From Sminthopsis crassicaudata (taxonomy: Eukaryota), in the NCBI RefSeq assembly GCF_048593235.1, contig NC_133619.1:579445963-579509962 (forward strand): 64,000 nucleotides of DNA. Direction: 5' to 3'. Of the stretch, positions 50,418 through 62,537 are shown piece after piece. A program made the position numbers and the translations under genes. A model generated the notes under the pieces. It was not told where the DNA came from. It did not search any database and saw only the letters and a program-made list of their open reading frames with translations. How positions within the stretch are numbered: the first letter of the stretch is position 1; each line of letters begins with the position of its first letter.

Positions 50418-51323
50418 GAACAATTTCTGGAGATCTCTCCCCTGTTCCTGCCTTCCTGTCCCCTTTTTTCTTCCTGCTTGTACAGAAACCTAACTTACTA
50501 CTAATCACAGAGGGGAAACCACCACAGAAGTCCAGAAGTGTTTGGGGACCTTCATGTTGACACACAACAAGTTCCCAAGAAGCCTTTGTACCATGTAGCC
50601 CTGGCTGAATACTTTGTGAGGAGGGAAGAGGATCTATGATGGTTTTGCCACTTGGGATGGGGGGGGGGGTGGAACTAGAGGAGTGGGAAGTTAGGGATTT
50701 GGATATGAATTATTTCATGATTGGGTATAGTGGGTAGGAAGAGATTTGGCTTCCTTGAGATCACCCTTCTATGTTGGGGCTTGAACTGATATTAAGAGAC
50801 TAAGAACTAAATTGGTTGTTTCTATTTCTCACACCCAGTTTTTACATTTGATCCTTTATTTGTTTTGGTTTGCTACCCTCCATAAAGGACATCTATTCAT
50901 CCTGGCTCCAGCCCTTCTGTCCTTATCCTTACCCTGCCCACCTCCCACTTCTTGTACAACTTAAGAGTTAGCTAGATGCCTTTGCAGGGATAATAGCAGG
51001 AAGGACTCAAGGCAGAGCAAACTATAGCTGAGTTTTTGACATTCTGTGGCCTTTGGGCAAGGGTAGCCATCAGAAAGAATGGTCCTGTATAACCACTTAA
51101 AAAGTATGAGGAAGGGAGCCTGTCAGGTCAGATGATGTCCTCTAGGTATCTATCAATCAAGCTTCAGGATAACAAGGCCAGGTTCTGTTTCCTTAAGCAT
51201 GATTGGGGCTGGATAGTGTCATTCTATCTATTTTGATAGAGTTGCTGTCTACTTTATCCTTCTTTTGAAGGACACCTCAACGCGCAGCTGAGGGACTCAA
51301 GTCCCCTAGAACAGATCATTTCC

Positions 51324-51329
51324 TTTATT
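51324..51329 (-). terminator. LRRC51: LRRC51 poly(A) signal AATAAA
   Basis: tttatt on the + strand, ~60 nt after the LRRC51 stop. Confidence 0.7.
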
Positions 51330-51389
51330 GCTAAACTAAATAATGAGGGAAAGGGTACTAGAGTTTTAGAGAGCATTGATAGGAAATTA

Positions 51390-51531
51390 TCAAAAATTAT
51401 CCCGTTTGATTCGGACCTTCTTGGGCTTCACATTCATTCGTCTCCAAATAGTGGCTGTGATCCGATCTTGCTTGGTGACACCACTGAAGTCAAACGTCGT
51501 AACTCGGGGTAGGATGGACAGCACGTATTGC
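51390..51531 (-). CDS. LRRC51: LRRC51 last coding exon (QYVLSILPRVTTFDFSGVTKQDRITATIWRRMNVKPKKVRIKRDNF*)
   Basis: LRR C-cap matching LRRC51/LRTOMT1. CAG acceptor and TGA 51392-90. Confidence 0.95.
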
Positions 51532-52142
51532 CTGCAGGGAGGACACAGGATTGTGTGCTCCCCAGAATAGGAAGAAAGGACAGAGCCATAATGGGGGGCT
51601 AGATGTGAAATCAGGATCACTTAATTACATGCCCCAAAGAATTATTAATATTTTCCTCCCTACAATAGCTCCTCCAGTAATAAGAGCAAAGTGACTTTCA
51701 ACACAATAAGGGTATGACTACTGCCATTCTTTTCCAGAGATACCTAAGGGAATTAGCATCTGTATCCAATGTGGGGATGGCATGGGGCAGGAAGCTAAAT
51801 CGGAGTAACTTCTCAATCCCATGTTATAATCATTGAGGCTTTTGCAATTCAAGATAATGACGACTTAGGAATATTTGCCACTCATTCCAATTGCATTCAT
51901 TCTCTCTTCTAGGCCATAAAGGGGTTAGACATGGGCCTCTTCCATTCCATTCCCTTCCCTTCCCTTCCCTCAAGGAAAGGGACCATTTGATTGGGCTACA
52001 GATTACCTCCTTTTGAGAACAGGGTAAAGTTCCCTTTCTCTTATGTCTACAACCTGTGTTTTCCCCTTAGCTTGTACTTCAGAGGATGAGACTCTTGAGC
52101 CTTTTGTTCCCATTCCTTGGGGTCTCAGGCCAGGGGCGTTAC

Positions 52143-52291
52143 CTGTACCCCTTTTCATCCTCTATGGGGTTCCCATGGAGGGTCAAGCTCCGAAGCTTGG
52201 GAAGATTTGACAGCTTATCCACTTCTGTCAGGCGATGGATGCAGTTGCCATGGAGATAAAGAACGCTTAAATTGAGGAAGGTGGTCAGCAC
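52143..52291 (-). CDS. LRRC51: LRRC51 coding exon 3 (VLTTFLNLSVLYLHGNCIHRLTEVDKLSNLPKLRSLTLHGNPIEDEKGYR)
   Basis: 149 nt, two LRRs, AG/GT flanks. Confidence 0.96.
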
Positions 52292-53123
52292 CTGATGGAT
52301 GAAAAAAAGGACAAAGTACCAGGTTGAGCAGGTTCTAGCAGCTGGTTTATGAAGGTGGCAAGAGACTTGGGAATCTAGTCTTGAGGAGAGGATGCTCTTT
52401 TCATTAGAATCCACTCTATGGGTGACCTAATCCTTTCTGGAAGCTAGGAAGCAAATGTGCAAAGAAGATGGGAGATTTCTTCTGTCTACTCCATGCTTTT
52501 CTTAAGTATGCACTCTTTCAACAATCATGTGAGAAGAGGTAGTACAAGGAATATCCCAATTTATAAGTGAAGAAACAAGACTTGTATCACGAGTGGTCAT
52601 GTATTTATGAAGCAGAGGATATGGGCTCTCGCCTGACATGATATTCCATGTTTTTCCTACTCTGTTTTGCCTTATTTAGTTCATGACTGAGCTCTTTTCA
52701 ACCTTTGTTTTCTTGCAAAATTAAGAAGCAATATCGCAAGTGGTATGATGTTTACAAAGTACTTTACAAAAGTTTTCTGAGTATCTAATTTTAGAGATGA
52801 GGGATTTAATTTCACAAACTTTAAAGTGACTTATGTACAAGATATTGGAAACATGAAACTTGGAAAGGTCAAATAACTTGCCCCAGTCAGTCACACACAT
52901 GGGAATGGGCAGACCTGGTCTCATTAAGATCTCTCCCAAATTTTGATTATTTTATTTGTCTTATGTTTCCAGAAGAGAAAACTAACTTTAGATCTCATCC
53001 TATAACAGAATGAGTCCTGAAGTCAAGGGCTCCCATACATTCCATTTTATTTTTCTTGCCACAGTGTCCAGTGCCTAATATGGTGATTAGCAGATATTAA
53101 GTGCTTAGTTTCTTCTTCAATTT

Positions 53124-53271
53124 TTTTTTTCTTTCTTTCTGAGGCTGGGGTTAAGTGACTTGCCCAGGGTCACACAGCTAAGAAGTGCCAAGTGTCCGAG
53201 ACCACATTTGAACTCGGGTCCTCCCCAATTCAGGGCTGGCGCTCCATCCACTGCGCCACCTAGCTGCCCCC
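53124..53271 (-). mobile_element. young WSINE1 with perfect 15 bp TSD
   Basis: TSD tttcttcttcaattt at 53109-23 and 53272-86. CpGs are still intact. Confidence 0.95.
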
Positions 53272-53575
53272 TTTCTTCTTCAATTTAATAGTAGTTTAAG
53301 ATACCCATTCCTAAGCTGCTTATGACGACACCCACAGAGAAAACTGGAGTAAAAGAAGAAAACTCAGCATAGGAAGATAAGGGTTCGTTCTTACTACTTC
53401 TATATACCTTTGCCCTTCCCTATAGTGCTAGTTGTATGGCAGGTGTTTCATAAATACCTTAGGCCTTGTGTACATCATTGATGTTCCCTCTTGCGATTCT
53501 TCCCCTCCCCCATCTGCCTGTGGCCCATGTCTCACCTGGCATTCTCTTCCCTCCCCTGGGGACTCAGGCACCTAC

Positions 53576-53781
53576 GGGGTCGATGTTGGGCAGGTCATTG
53601 AAGGACAGGTCAATCCAAGCCAGGTTCTGGGGATGCTCCAACAGCTGCGACATAGTTTGACTGAAGTCGGTGAGGTCATTGAGCACGTTGTTGTTAATGC
53701 GCACAGCCTGGGTCAATGACTTACCCTGACTAGAACGCTTTACTGGCCGGAGCCCAGCCCTGGGCTCCTCACTTATCAAGT
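53576..53781 (-). CDS. LRRC51: LRRC51 coding exon 2 (DLISEEPRAGLRPVKRSSQGKSLTQAVRINNN...WIDLSFNDLPNIDP)
   Basis: 206 nt, keeps the frame with neighbouring exons, matches human LRRC51. Confidence 0.95.
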
Positions 53782-56609
53782 CTGCAGGGACAGATCGTGG
53801 GCAGTGGTTAGCCAAGAGCTCCAGGCAAGGGTCCTCTCTCCCCATCTCTGTCTGAGGCCAACCAGAACCACCTAGAACTGTTCAGGGTCTCAGTTATAGC
53901 TGCCACATGTCACTCCCCCACAGAGCTATGCTGGCAACCTGCATTATGGATCCAGGGACAAGAACGAGGGGAAGTGTCTGCCCTGGTCAGGGTTCACCTG
54001 GATTCATTTCTGGAAGGCAAGTTTTAGGAACAATAAGATAAGTAAAGAAATTTTGAATAGGACTACATGAGGATCAATTGAAAGGATTGGAGAAATTTAT
54101 CCTGGGAAAGACTGGTTGGGGAACAGGTGAAAGAAACTAGACCCATTGTGGGGAATGTGGGGGAGAGGGCAATAGGTTTTCAATTGGACCCTTCTGAATC
54201 CCATCCCTGCCAGATTTAGTTCTCTGACTTTGGACAAGTTAGCTTTACTCTCTTTGGGCTTCAGTTTCTTCATTTCTAAAACTTTAGACTAGATTATCTA
54301 TATAGAAAGACCCTAACTACTCTAACCCTGTTGTCACTGTACATTTCTTCCACTTCTGAATGCTATGAACTTATGGCCTGTTACAATAACTCATTTTCAG
54401 CTAATAGCTTATTTGAGAGACTTATCTCATCCAATTTTTTTTTTCTTAATTTTTTAACAAGAGAAAACTAAGACCCAGAAAGGGAAGGGACTTATTCAAA
54501 GTCACAGTTAGAGGAATTAGGAACCAGAGCTCAGGATTTCTGAATGTTCCTCTCGTATTTTCCAAGCTCAAATCTAACACTACTACTCCTTCCCTCCTTG
54601 CTGCCACACAAATTTCTGCTTGTTCTGAGGTACAGATTGCCTGGTACTCATAGGGGCTCTGTGGAGGATAGTCATTACAAAGAAGGGGTGGGGCACATTA
54701 TGCTGCAGCATAGTTCTTGGGGTAGAAGGAAGTAGAGGCTAGTGAAGGTAAGTGAAGTTAAAAGGGATAATTGGCTTCAATGTGAAAACTACATACTGAA
54801 AGAATGTCAGCAGGATGGCTCCCTTAATTTATAGAGCTTGAAGCCAAGGGACAGAAAGGAAAAAGAATTTGCCTAAAAATGAGAATGCCATCCAGTGACA
54901 AAATGGCTCAGTAGCCAGAAGGAAGCAGTTATTTCCCTTTTAGAGCAGATTTTCATGAGGGTAGATGTCTGAGCATAAGATCTATCTAATCCTTTCACTT
55001 TGGAATATTTCCTCAGGAGATAGGGTGATGTATGTTTTTATATTTTCCTGCCCACCAAGAGAGGAGAGGAAGAAATGTACCTATACTCTGTGATATCCTT
55101 TTACATATCTGTCACAGTGCTCAGACTTGTAGCTGGAGATGGTCTTTTTCCTCAGGAAAGTCATAAGGCTTCAGGTAGTTTGCCAGATGAGGAATGTGTC
55201 AATCCAAATTGAATCACATTGTCTTAGACTATCCTGAAGCAAATTGAGGTATTTGTGGTCTCTCATTTGGCTTCCTGTCTTTAATCTGATCATAAATTCA
55301 AAAATTTGGACTTGGAAGGGATGCAGAGGTCACCTAGTTTAATTCATTTTTAGATTAAAAAATTGGCATCAGGAGCTTCAGTGACTGACAGGTAATAATC
55401 ATTTGAGACCCCAGAGTTCTTTTACAGCTACCAGGCACTCTTACTATCTGCTTATCTTATTAACTGATTCAGTCTTAAGCTTCACTAAGAAATGAATAGC
55501 CCAATTTGCCTTTCCAATTTTTCTGCATATTCGACTCCAACAAAAAGCAGAAGAGAGAATAGCATCTGATCACCAATTTGACAGTGGCTTGGCTTTGTCA
55601 TGTCCCTGTGATGCTTTTTTAGAGCATAAGAGGCTATTAGTGGTGTTATTCTTTGAAGGACACTGTAGTCAAGGAACTTGGATTCAAGCCCTAACATTAC
55701 CACTTTTTAATAATACCTATATGATGCATTCAGGTTTGCAGGCAGTGATAATGGATAGAACCAGCATTGAAACCATGAAGATGTGGGTCTAAAACCTGCT
55801 TCTGATACATACTTGCTTGGTGACACTCTTGGAGAAACAGTGAAGACCTGCAGTGATAGCATCCTCACATGGAAGTTTCCCCTCCCAATGAAAGCACAGT
55901 TGCAATCCCTAGCCCTTTAAAGTTTGCAAAGTACTTTTGTCACAACCTGAGAAGTAGATAATACAGGTATTTACCCCCATTTTAAAGATATGGAAAGACA
56001 GTAATTTTCCCATGATTTCAAAGAAAGCAAGTCCTGTGTTTTGTTACTTTGAGCAAGTCAAGTCCCCTGTTTAGGCTTCAGTTTCCACATATGAATAAAG
56101 AGCTGGCACTAATTTATAGTGCTTTAAGATTGGTAAAGTGCCTGCTGTTAGGCTCTCAACATCTGCATAGTATTTGTTGCTAGAATAGTCTTTTTACAAA
56201 TGGCTGATGAGATAGGTGTGTGTCTGAGTCACAAAACTAAAGTTGGGCATATAAGATGAATTCAGATATAAAACAAACATGCACCATGTGTTCACTATGC
56301 TATATATTGTGCTATGCATTGAAAGAGTAAAGGGGCAATTAGACCAGATCTTAAAGTCCCATTCTCATTTTCATAATAATTATATTAGCCATGTAAAGGC
56401 TCCTAATTTGTGTCCAACTTAGCCTTTATAAAGTGTCAGGCCAATTTTTTTTTTTTTCTATCCTTTTTTTCAAACATTTTTAAAAAGCAAAGATTTGGAA
56501 AAGGGAAAAGAAATCGTTCTCCAAAGATAAGTGTTACCCAAGTTGAATGAGGTACTGGTGTTGGAGGGAGAAGGAAGAAGAGGAAAGAGGCCGCGCACAT
56601 CGGGCTCAC

Positions 56610-56694
56610 CTTGGATGAAGTTTATACTTTTGAAGGAGAAGTCGAGGGGTGGCTCCTGTGCCAAAGTCTTCACATAATCCCAGTTGTCAGTCAT
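56610..56694 (-). CDS. LRRC51: LRRC51 coding exon 1 (MTDNWDYVKTLAQEPPLDFSFKSINFIQ)
   Basis: Matches the human ..DY...QEPPLDYSF.SI..IQ. Exon acceptor TAG at 56756-54 and donor GTGAGC at 56609. Total 193 aa. Confidence 0.93.
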
Positions 56695-57929
56695 ATTTCA
56701 GCCATCATGGGGGGTGAAGGAGAAGCATGGGGCCCTGAACTGCCAGCTTCGGCCTAAGGGGACAGAGAGGGCCTGCATTTGGAGAATTTTTGGCTTGCAA
56801 CATGCTTTCCCATATTTATTTCAATTTCACAACAACACTGACGAGTAGACATGATGGGCACATAGCCCTAATTTTACAAAAGGAGAATGGGAGATAAATG
56901 ATGAGAAGATGGGATTTGCTCAGCAAGCCAGCTGCATAGTTGGATGTCTCCCCCTATGGAAGCCAACATGCAACGGGATGTTATGGGAAAACAACCAAGT
57001 ACATGATAATTTAAGAAGGGAGAGAAAACTAACATCTCATGGTGGCAGGGAAAGTTTCCCTAAGGAGGTATGAACTAAGTAAAAGAAGCTAAGGATTCTA
57101 AGACATGTTGGGAGAGTTGTGATCATATCACTTCCAGGAGGTCACTGATAGAGGGAACTCAAGGAAATTCCACTAATGCACAGTGCCATAAGTTTAAGTG
57201 AATTGTCCAGGGTTACACAAACCAATATGTGTTGGAGCTTGGATCTGAACCCAGATTTTCTGACATATTGGCTGTTATAAGAGCCTAATTTATAAATGAG
57301 GGGCTTGGAACAAATAGCTATTATAGTCAAGTCTACCTCTCTCATCATTGGCCTCTGTGGCCTCAGATATTGCTCAAACTGTTCTTCAGGCTTATCTCTG
57401 CCTCTTAGAATTCTTGGTTTCCTTTAAAGTAAATCCAAAATGCCAATTTTTTTTTTGAGGACTTCATAATTCCTCCAGCTGCTAGAATGTCTCCCATCAA
57501 AAATATCCATTATTTGTTCTGATAAAATGGTAATAGCTACTTAATCAATGATAAAGCAAAAGAACCAGAAAAGAAGCTATTAGATGGGAGAACCAGAACA
57601 AAGCAATGTCCTGCAAATTAAAATTATTATTAAAAAATATCTAGGAGCAAATGAGTGTTGGAAGTTCCAGCAAGATCAAAAGGGCATCGGATTTAGCAGC
57701 TAAAGGACTGTGGGTCATTTGAGAGAAAACAATTTTAGATCAATGATGGAACTGCAGTGGCCTGAGAAGTCCCCCTATGTTTAGGGGCTATAGGTTGATA
57801 ACTAATATGTGTGGGGAGAAGGAGGGAGGGATGAGTGTATAATGTTCAGAAGCCATAGAACTTCTGGAGTAAGGGCTTACTGAGCCTTTTCCAAGAGCTG
57901 CTCATACACTTTCAGTATCCACTTGATTC

Positions 57930-58340
57930 ACTCGAGTCTCAGCTGCCCCTCCCAAACTGTAGCATGTGCAATGGCCACACTCCAGTAGAACCATCTCTGC
58001 TAAAAACAAGCTGAGGATTACTGACCTGTTGGTAAATCAGGGTAATGTCTACCCTGAGCATGTCAAAACTTTCCCTGGCAGATGAGAACAATTTGTTCCA
58101 ACAGCCACAAAGGCTGCTAAAGCAGGTGCTACAAGCACTTAGAGGTTGTTCTGGCATTACAGATGCCCAAGTCCCCACTGTCTCCTGAGTCATTGCCAGT
58201 CATCTTCACTCCTGTCCTGCCAGTGGACTTCTAGGAGTCAGGAAGAGAGGACTTTGTGCTATCCCACCTCACATAGATGTAGTTTCACACACATCATCAA
58301 AGACATACCCCATGATGTCACTGGTCATCTTCAAAAACTA
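57930..58340 (-). mobile_element. RTE-derived fragment (5' region)
   Basis: Resembles the marsupial RTE 5' end (ttgttccaacagccacaaaggctgctaaagcagg...gatgtcactggtcatcttcaaaaac). Confidence 0.5.
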
Positions 58341-59400
58341 ATGACAATATGGGGGCAAGTAAAAGTATTTCAAGAATGGAGAAGCTTGAAGATATTTGCC
58401 ATTTGTCCTTCATTTCTGAAAAGAATCAATGATAAAATAGGTGATATAGACAGCAGTGAGAACCAATAGATAAAAGAGTGAAAATGAATCAGAGGGTAAT
58501 AGAAGAGAAGACTGGAATGGATGGGATTAAGAATGCAAATAAAGAAGTTGATCTTGGAAAGCAGAACCATTCTTTATCAAAGACTGGTCCATACGAATTC
58601 TGTCAAAGACCGTACAGTCTAAGAAGGTTGGGGATACTCAGACTCATACACAAATAAGGACAAGAATGGGTTAAGAACATCTAATACTAAAGAAAAATTA
58701 TGAGATTTGAGAGTACTCAGTGGGATAAGGCTTCAAGGAAATAGTGAACTTTTCTTTAAAGGAGAAAGGATATGGTGATATTATATAATAATGATGTAAT
58801 TTTCTAACATAATAGAAATAGGTGGGCCTCCAAATTCAGTACTCAACTAAAACTTTTTCCAGATAGGGGAAAAAGGAAAGAATGGAAGATGGTAATGTGG
58901 GTTATGTCATAGGAAAGGAGAATATGACTAGAAATGGATAACTGTTTTTTTTTCCCACCAAGGTAGGAATCTTTTGCTAAGGAGGGAGGGGAAAAGAGTA
59001 AATAGTACCAGGAAGTATGAACAGAGATGAATCATTTCAAGGAATTCTGAGAATTAATCCCAGAAGAATAAAAGAATTATCATGCGGTTCTGAGGACTCA
59101 GTTGAGAATAGATAATAATGGAATCCAGCCAACTTTCCTTTTTTGGTCATTTGAGAAGAATTAAAAGAGGAGAATGAAGATAGCATGATTTTGACAAAGT
59201 CTAGATGATGAAAGGCCAAATAGTCAAAGGTACAAGTGTTGAACTCTAGAGCCAGAGCAAGGAGGGGAACAAGAAAGAATGGAGGGAATGGAGGTTATGT
59301 TGAGGATGATGGTCTGTTTTAAGAATAATGCAAGAGTACAAGGGCTAGCAAAGATTCAAGACAACAAACAACACAAGTATGGGTAATGGTAGATTTTAAG
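58340..59400 (-). mobile_element. ancient L2 ORF2-like fragment
   Basis: Purine-rich decayed LINE-like sequence. Family assignment is by resemblance only. Confidence 0.4.
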
Positions 59401-60309
59401 ATAGAACCATCCCTATGGGTAGGGTAGCTTAGGCATAATGTTGATTGGGAGGCATGTGAGGGGACCTCAGTGTGTAAATTGAAATTTCCAAATATTCAAG
59501 CAAGGTTTGGGATCTCCACGGAGATGGGAACCATCTCCGGTTTCAAGCTCCCCTTCCTCAGAGGAGAGACTGAGCCAAGTACCAAAACTGAGAAAAGAGT
59601 GTGACCAAGAGTGTCACCAAGAGTTGAAAACCATAAGTTTATGCTAATTTTATAGATGAAATGATTGTTGAGAGACATTAAATGACTTCCACAGGGTCAC
59701 ACAGGTAGTCTCTAAGATAAGATTTAAGTTCAAAATTTGTTGACTCCCAAGTCTACCATTTATCCACTATGCCAGCAAACTACCATTTAGAAGACTGTAC
59801 TGAGCCTAAAAAGAGGGAGTATTTGCTGAGTAATAAATGCAGATGGAGGGGTTGGAAGTGACGCTGGAGAACAAGGAGTATGTTTTTTCTCCTGTCTTAC
59901 CCTCTTGGGGAAAGAAGAGGAACAAACAGCATTCAAGAAATGATTCGATGGAAATACCCATGTTTCCAGGGGCACATGAGCATAGAATATCAAAGGAAAT
60001 AGAGAATAAAGGAAAGACCATGATTTAACTGGAGTTTCATAGAGCAATTGAAAAGTGGGAAGAGTGTAAGAGACTAATCCTAGGCTTCAAAATTGCTGGT
60101 TACTTGGAGCAGACTTATTGAAAGGGGAGGAAACCAAGACAGACAGGCTCATATTCTCATATTTGCCCTTTCCTCCATTTTGGTAGTGGTCCCTTCCTCC
60201 TCATCCCGATAGTGTTGTGCCAATTATCCACAGGAATTTAAAATTCCTAAGCCATGGAAATAGGACGCAGAGCACCCAACCTCGACCATGCCTAGCAAGT
60301 ACCTCAAAA

Positions 60310-60865
60310 GTCCCTAATTGGTCTCCCTGCCTCCAGTCTCTGGCCTCTCCATTCCATCTTCCACAGATTTGCCAAACTGATATTCCTAAAGCATAGGTCA
60401 CTCCTCTGCTCCAGATGCTCCCAATTGTTACTACGTTAAAATATAAACTTTTTTTTTGATATTGAAATCCCTTTACAAACTGGCTCCAGCCTACTTTCCC
60501 AGGCTAGCTTCCCACTGGCCAGCGAGACTGGTCTCTGCCTTTGCTCTCCCTGTCCTCGCTTCCCCTCACCCCTCTGCTATACTCTCCTCACCTTTCTTTA
60601 TCCCTTAGGATCCCCGAATCAAAGTTAAAATTAAGTGCCTCTTCACTAGGCCAAGTCCGATCATTTCCCACACTCTCACCCCAATTATTTCACTTATCTG
60701 TGTTACTATAGTTCTTCCCTTCCCCCCACCCCCGAAAAAAACAAACAAAAAAAAAAAAGCGTATTCTTAAGCGCTGGAACTTTTTCATTTTGTTTTTGAA
60801 CAAACTGTTTAGTTCAGTGCCTGGATGGTGTATAGGCACTTCAAGGTTGTTGAATGAATAATGAA
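60310..60865 (+). mobile_element. L2 3' end
   Basis: cctaattggtctccctgcctccagtctc...gttgttgaatgaataatgaa. Confidence 0.65.
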
Positions 60866-61150
60866 GGGGGTCCCCCGATCCTCGTGTCTGTGGCTCATGG
60901 CAGGCTCTCTACCAGGGGTCTCTCTGGGTACTTCTTCTCCGTCCACACCCCCCACCCGGGACTATGGCAGATTCTTCTATTTTTGCTATCCCTGCTCTGG
61001 GGCCATCTCAGGTCCTTGTAGTATGGCTACCTATGCTTGACATGACATTGGTTCCCGCCTCAATCCTTGCCCAGTGGGCTCCCCAGCTGCTGCCCAAACT
61101 CACCAGCTAAGTCTCCTTTAGCCTTTGCCTTTCCGTAGACAGCGACTCAC

Positions 61151-61240
61151 TTAGAGCAACTCCATGGTAACCATCATCATCATAGCCTCCCAACCTTAGT
61201 ACGCCTTGCCCCGGGGCATGCTGGGACCTATAACACTCTT
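61151..61240 (-). other. LRRC51: candidate LRRC51 non-coding first exon (upper bound approximate)
   Basis: Donor TAA|GTGAGT at 61150-61145, downstream (on the minus strand) of CCAAT 61251-55 and a ZNF143-type motif at 61291-302. Confidence 0.5.
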
Positions 61241-61659
61241 CGCTTTCTGCATTGGCCAACGAGAAGCTTTACTGAGCTGCCAGGGATCCTGGGACTTGTA
61301 GTTTGAGGCTTCCAAGGTCGTCGACCGAGACTTCGGCATAGTTTGGCCTTCTAAAGGTTTTTAGTCCCTAAAGTCACCCCTCCTAAATTCTTCTCCCGAC
61401 CTGTACATTTACCATCCCCGCTCTATTTCCCGTTCTGGCCAGGGTCCCTGCACAACCTCTGAGGGAGTCTCAAGGCATACTGGGATTTGTAGTTCTAGCC
61501 TCCCTCTGGCAGAGGGGGTAAAGACTTCTCATTGCTCCACCCATCTCCGGCTCCAAGCCTTCTCCCAACCAACTTTCCCCTGTCCTGCCGAGAGCTGCGA
61601 GAATGCGCATGTGCACCATGATGTCCTCTAGTTTTGGCCAATGAAGACGCTGCGCGAGG

Positions 61660-61830
61660 GGGCGGCGCTGCAGTTCAAACCGTGGGTCTGGGAGGCGGCG
61701 GCGGCTGAGGCGGCTATCGGAGGAGGGGGGTGGGGAAGTGGCGAAGAGTCCAGAGAGTCTGGAAGATGAGACCCTCGGCCCTCCCCAGAAGTTCGAGCCT
61801 CTGAGGGGGACGGCGCGCGTGCGCGGCCAG
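61660..61830 (+). other. non-coding first exon of the + strand gene (NUMA1 inferred from synteny only)
   Basis: GC-rich exon ending in the consensus donor CAG|GTAAGC at 61831. No coding sequence recognised in the window. Confidence 0.6.
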
Positions 61831-62334
61831 GTAAGCTCAGAAGGGGAGTCAAGGATGCACCCTAGTGTCCGAGTGAAGAAATAGGAGGGAGTCCGTGTTA
61901 CGGACCGTGGGGTAAAGATGTGAGGGGTCTCCAAAGGGGCGGTGGCCTAGGGGGAGGGGTGGCTGGGGAGAAAAGAGCGCGAGAGGGGAGAGGGGAAAAG
62001 GGAGAAGCTGAGTAGGGGAGGTGTATCTCGAATGTGTGGGGGCTGGAGAGAGATTGTGGACGCCACATTTAGGTGGGGGAGGGGGCTTTGAGGGAAGGAG
62101 GTCCGAGAAGTGGTGGGAGGTGTACCCTGCTCTGGTTTGGGTGAGAGGAACGGTGACAGGAGGGACACTGACCTCTAGAAGCTGCCCTTCGACGGGAGCC
62201 GCGGCAAGTGCAGGCGAAAGTACTAGCGGAGTTTCTTTTTCAAAATAAACAGGGTCGTTTTCTGGTAGGGCACATGGGCTAAGAATTCTTGGAGGTGGAG
62301 GATGGAGGATCTAGGTCTAGTCCACCAGCACTTG

Positions 62335-62537
62335 TGAGCTGCCAGGTGGCGCACCGGCCCGGGGTCCGGAAGGCGCTCAGCGGTTCCGAGCTGACCGGCA
62401 CTTACCGGCTCTGTGACCCGGCAGAGCACTTACCCAGCGTGACTCAGTTTCTGCGTTTGTAAAACGATCTGGAGAAGGAAATGGCGAACCACTCCCAGGG
62501 GTCCCAAAGGGATCTCAGAGTCCGACCCGACTGAAAA
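62335..62537 (+). mobile_element. MAR1 SINE inside the CpG island
   Basis: Head (gctgccaggtggcgcac), CORE (gcacttacc...ctcagtttctgcgtttgtaaaa) and RTE tail (ctggagaaggaaatggcgaaccactcc...cagagtccgacccgactgaa). Confidence 0.75.

Noticed and set aside
61470-61934. 154 aa minus-strand ORF, the longest in the track
   Set aside because: Starts at GTG/ATG inside a CpG island, is Pro/Ser/Arg-rich as expected from base composition, and has no recognisable homology. A small protein cannot be excluded without Ribo-seq.
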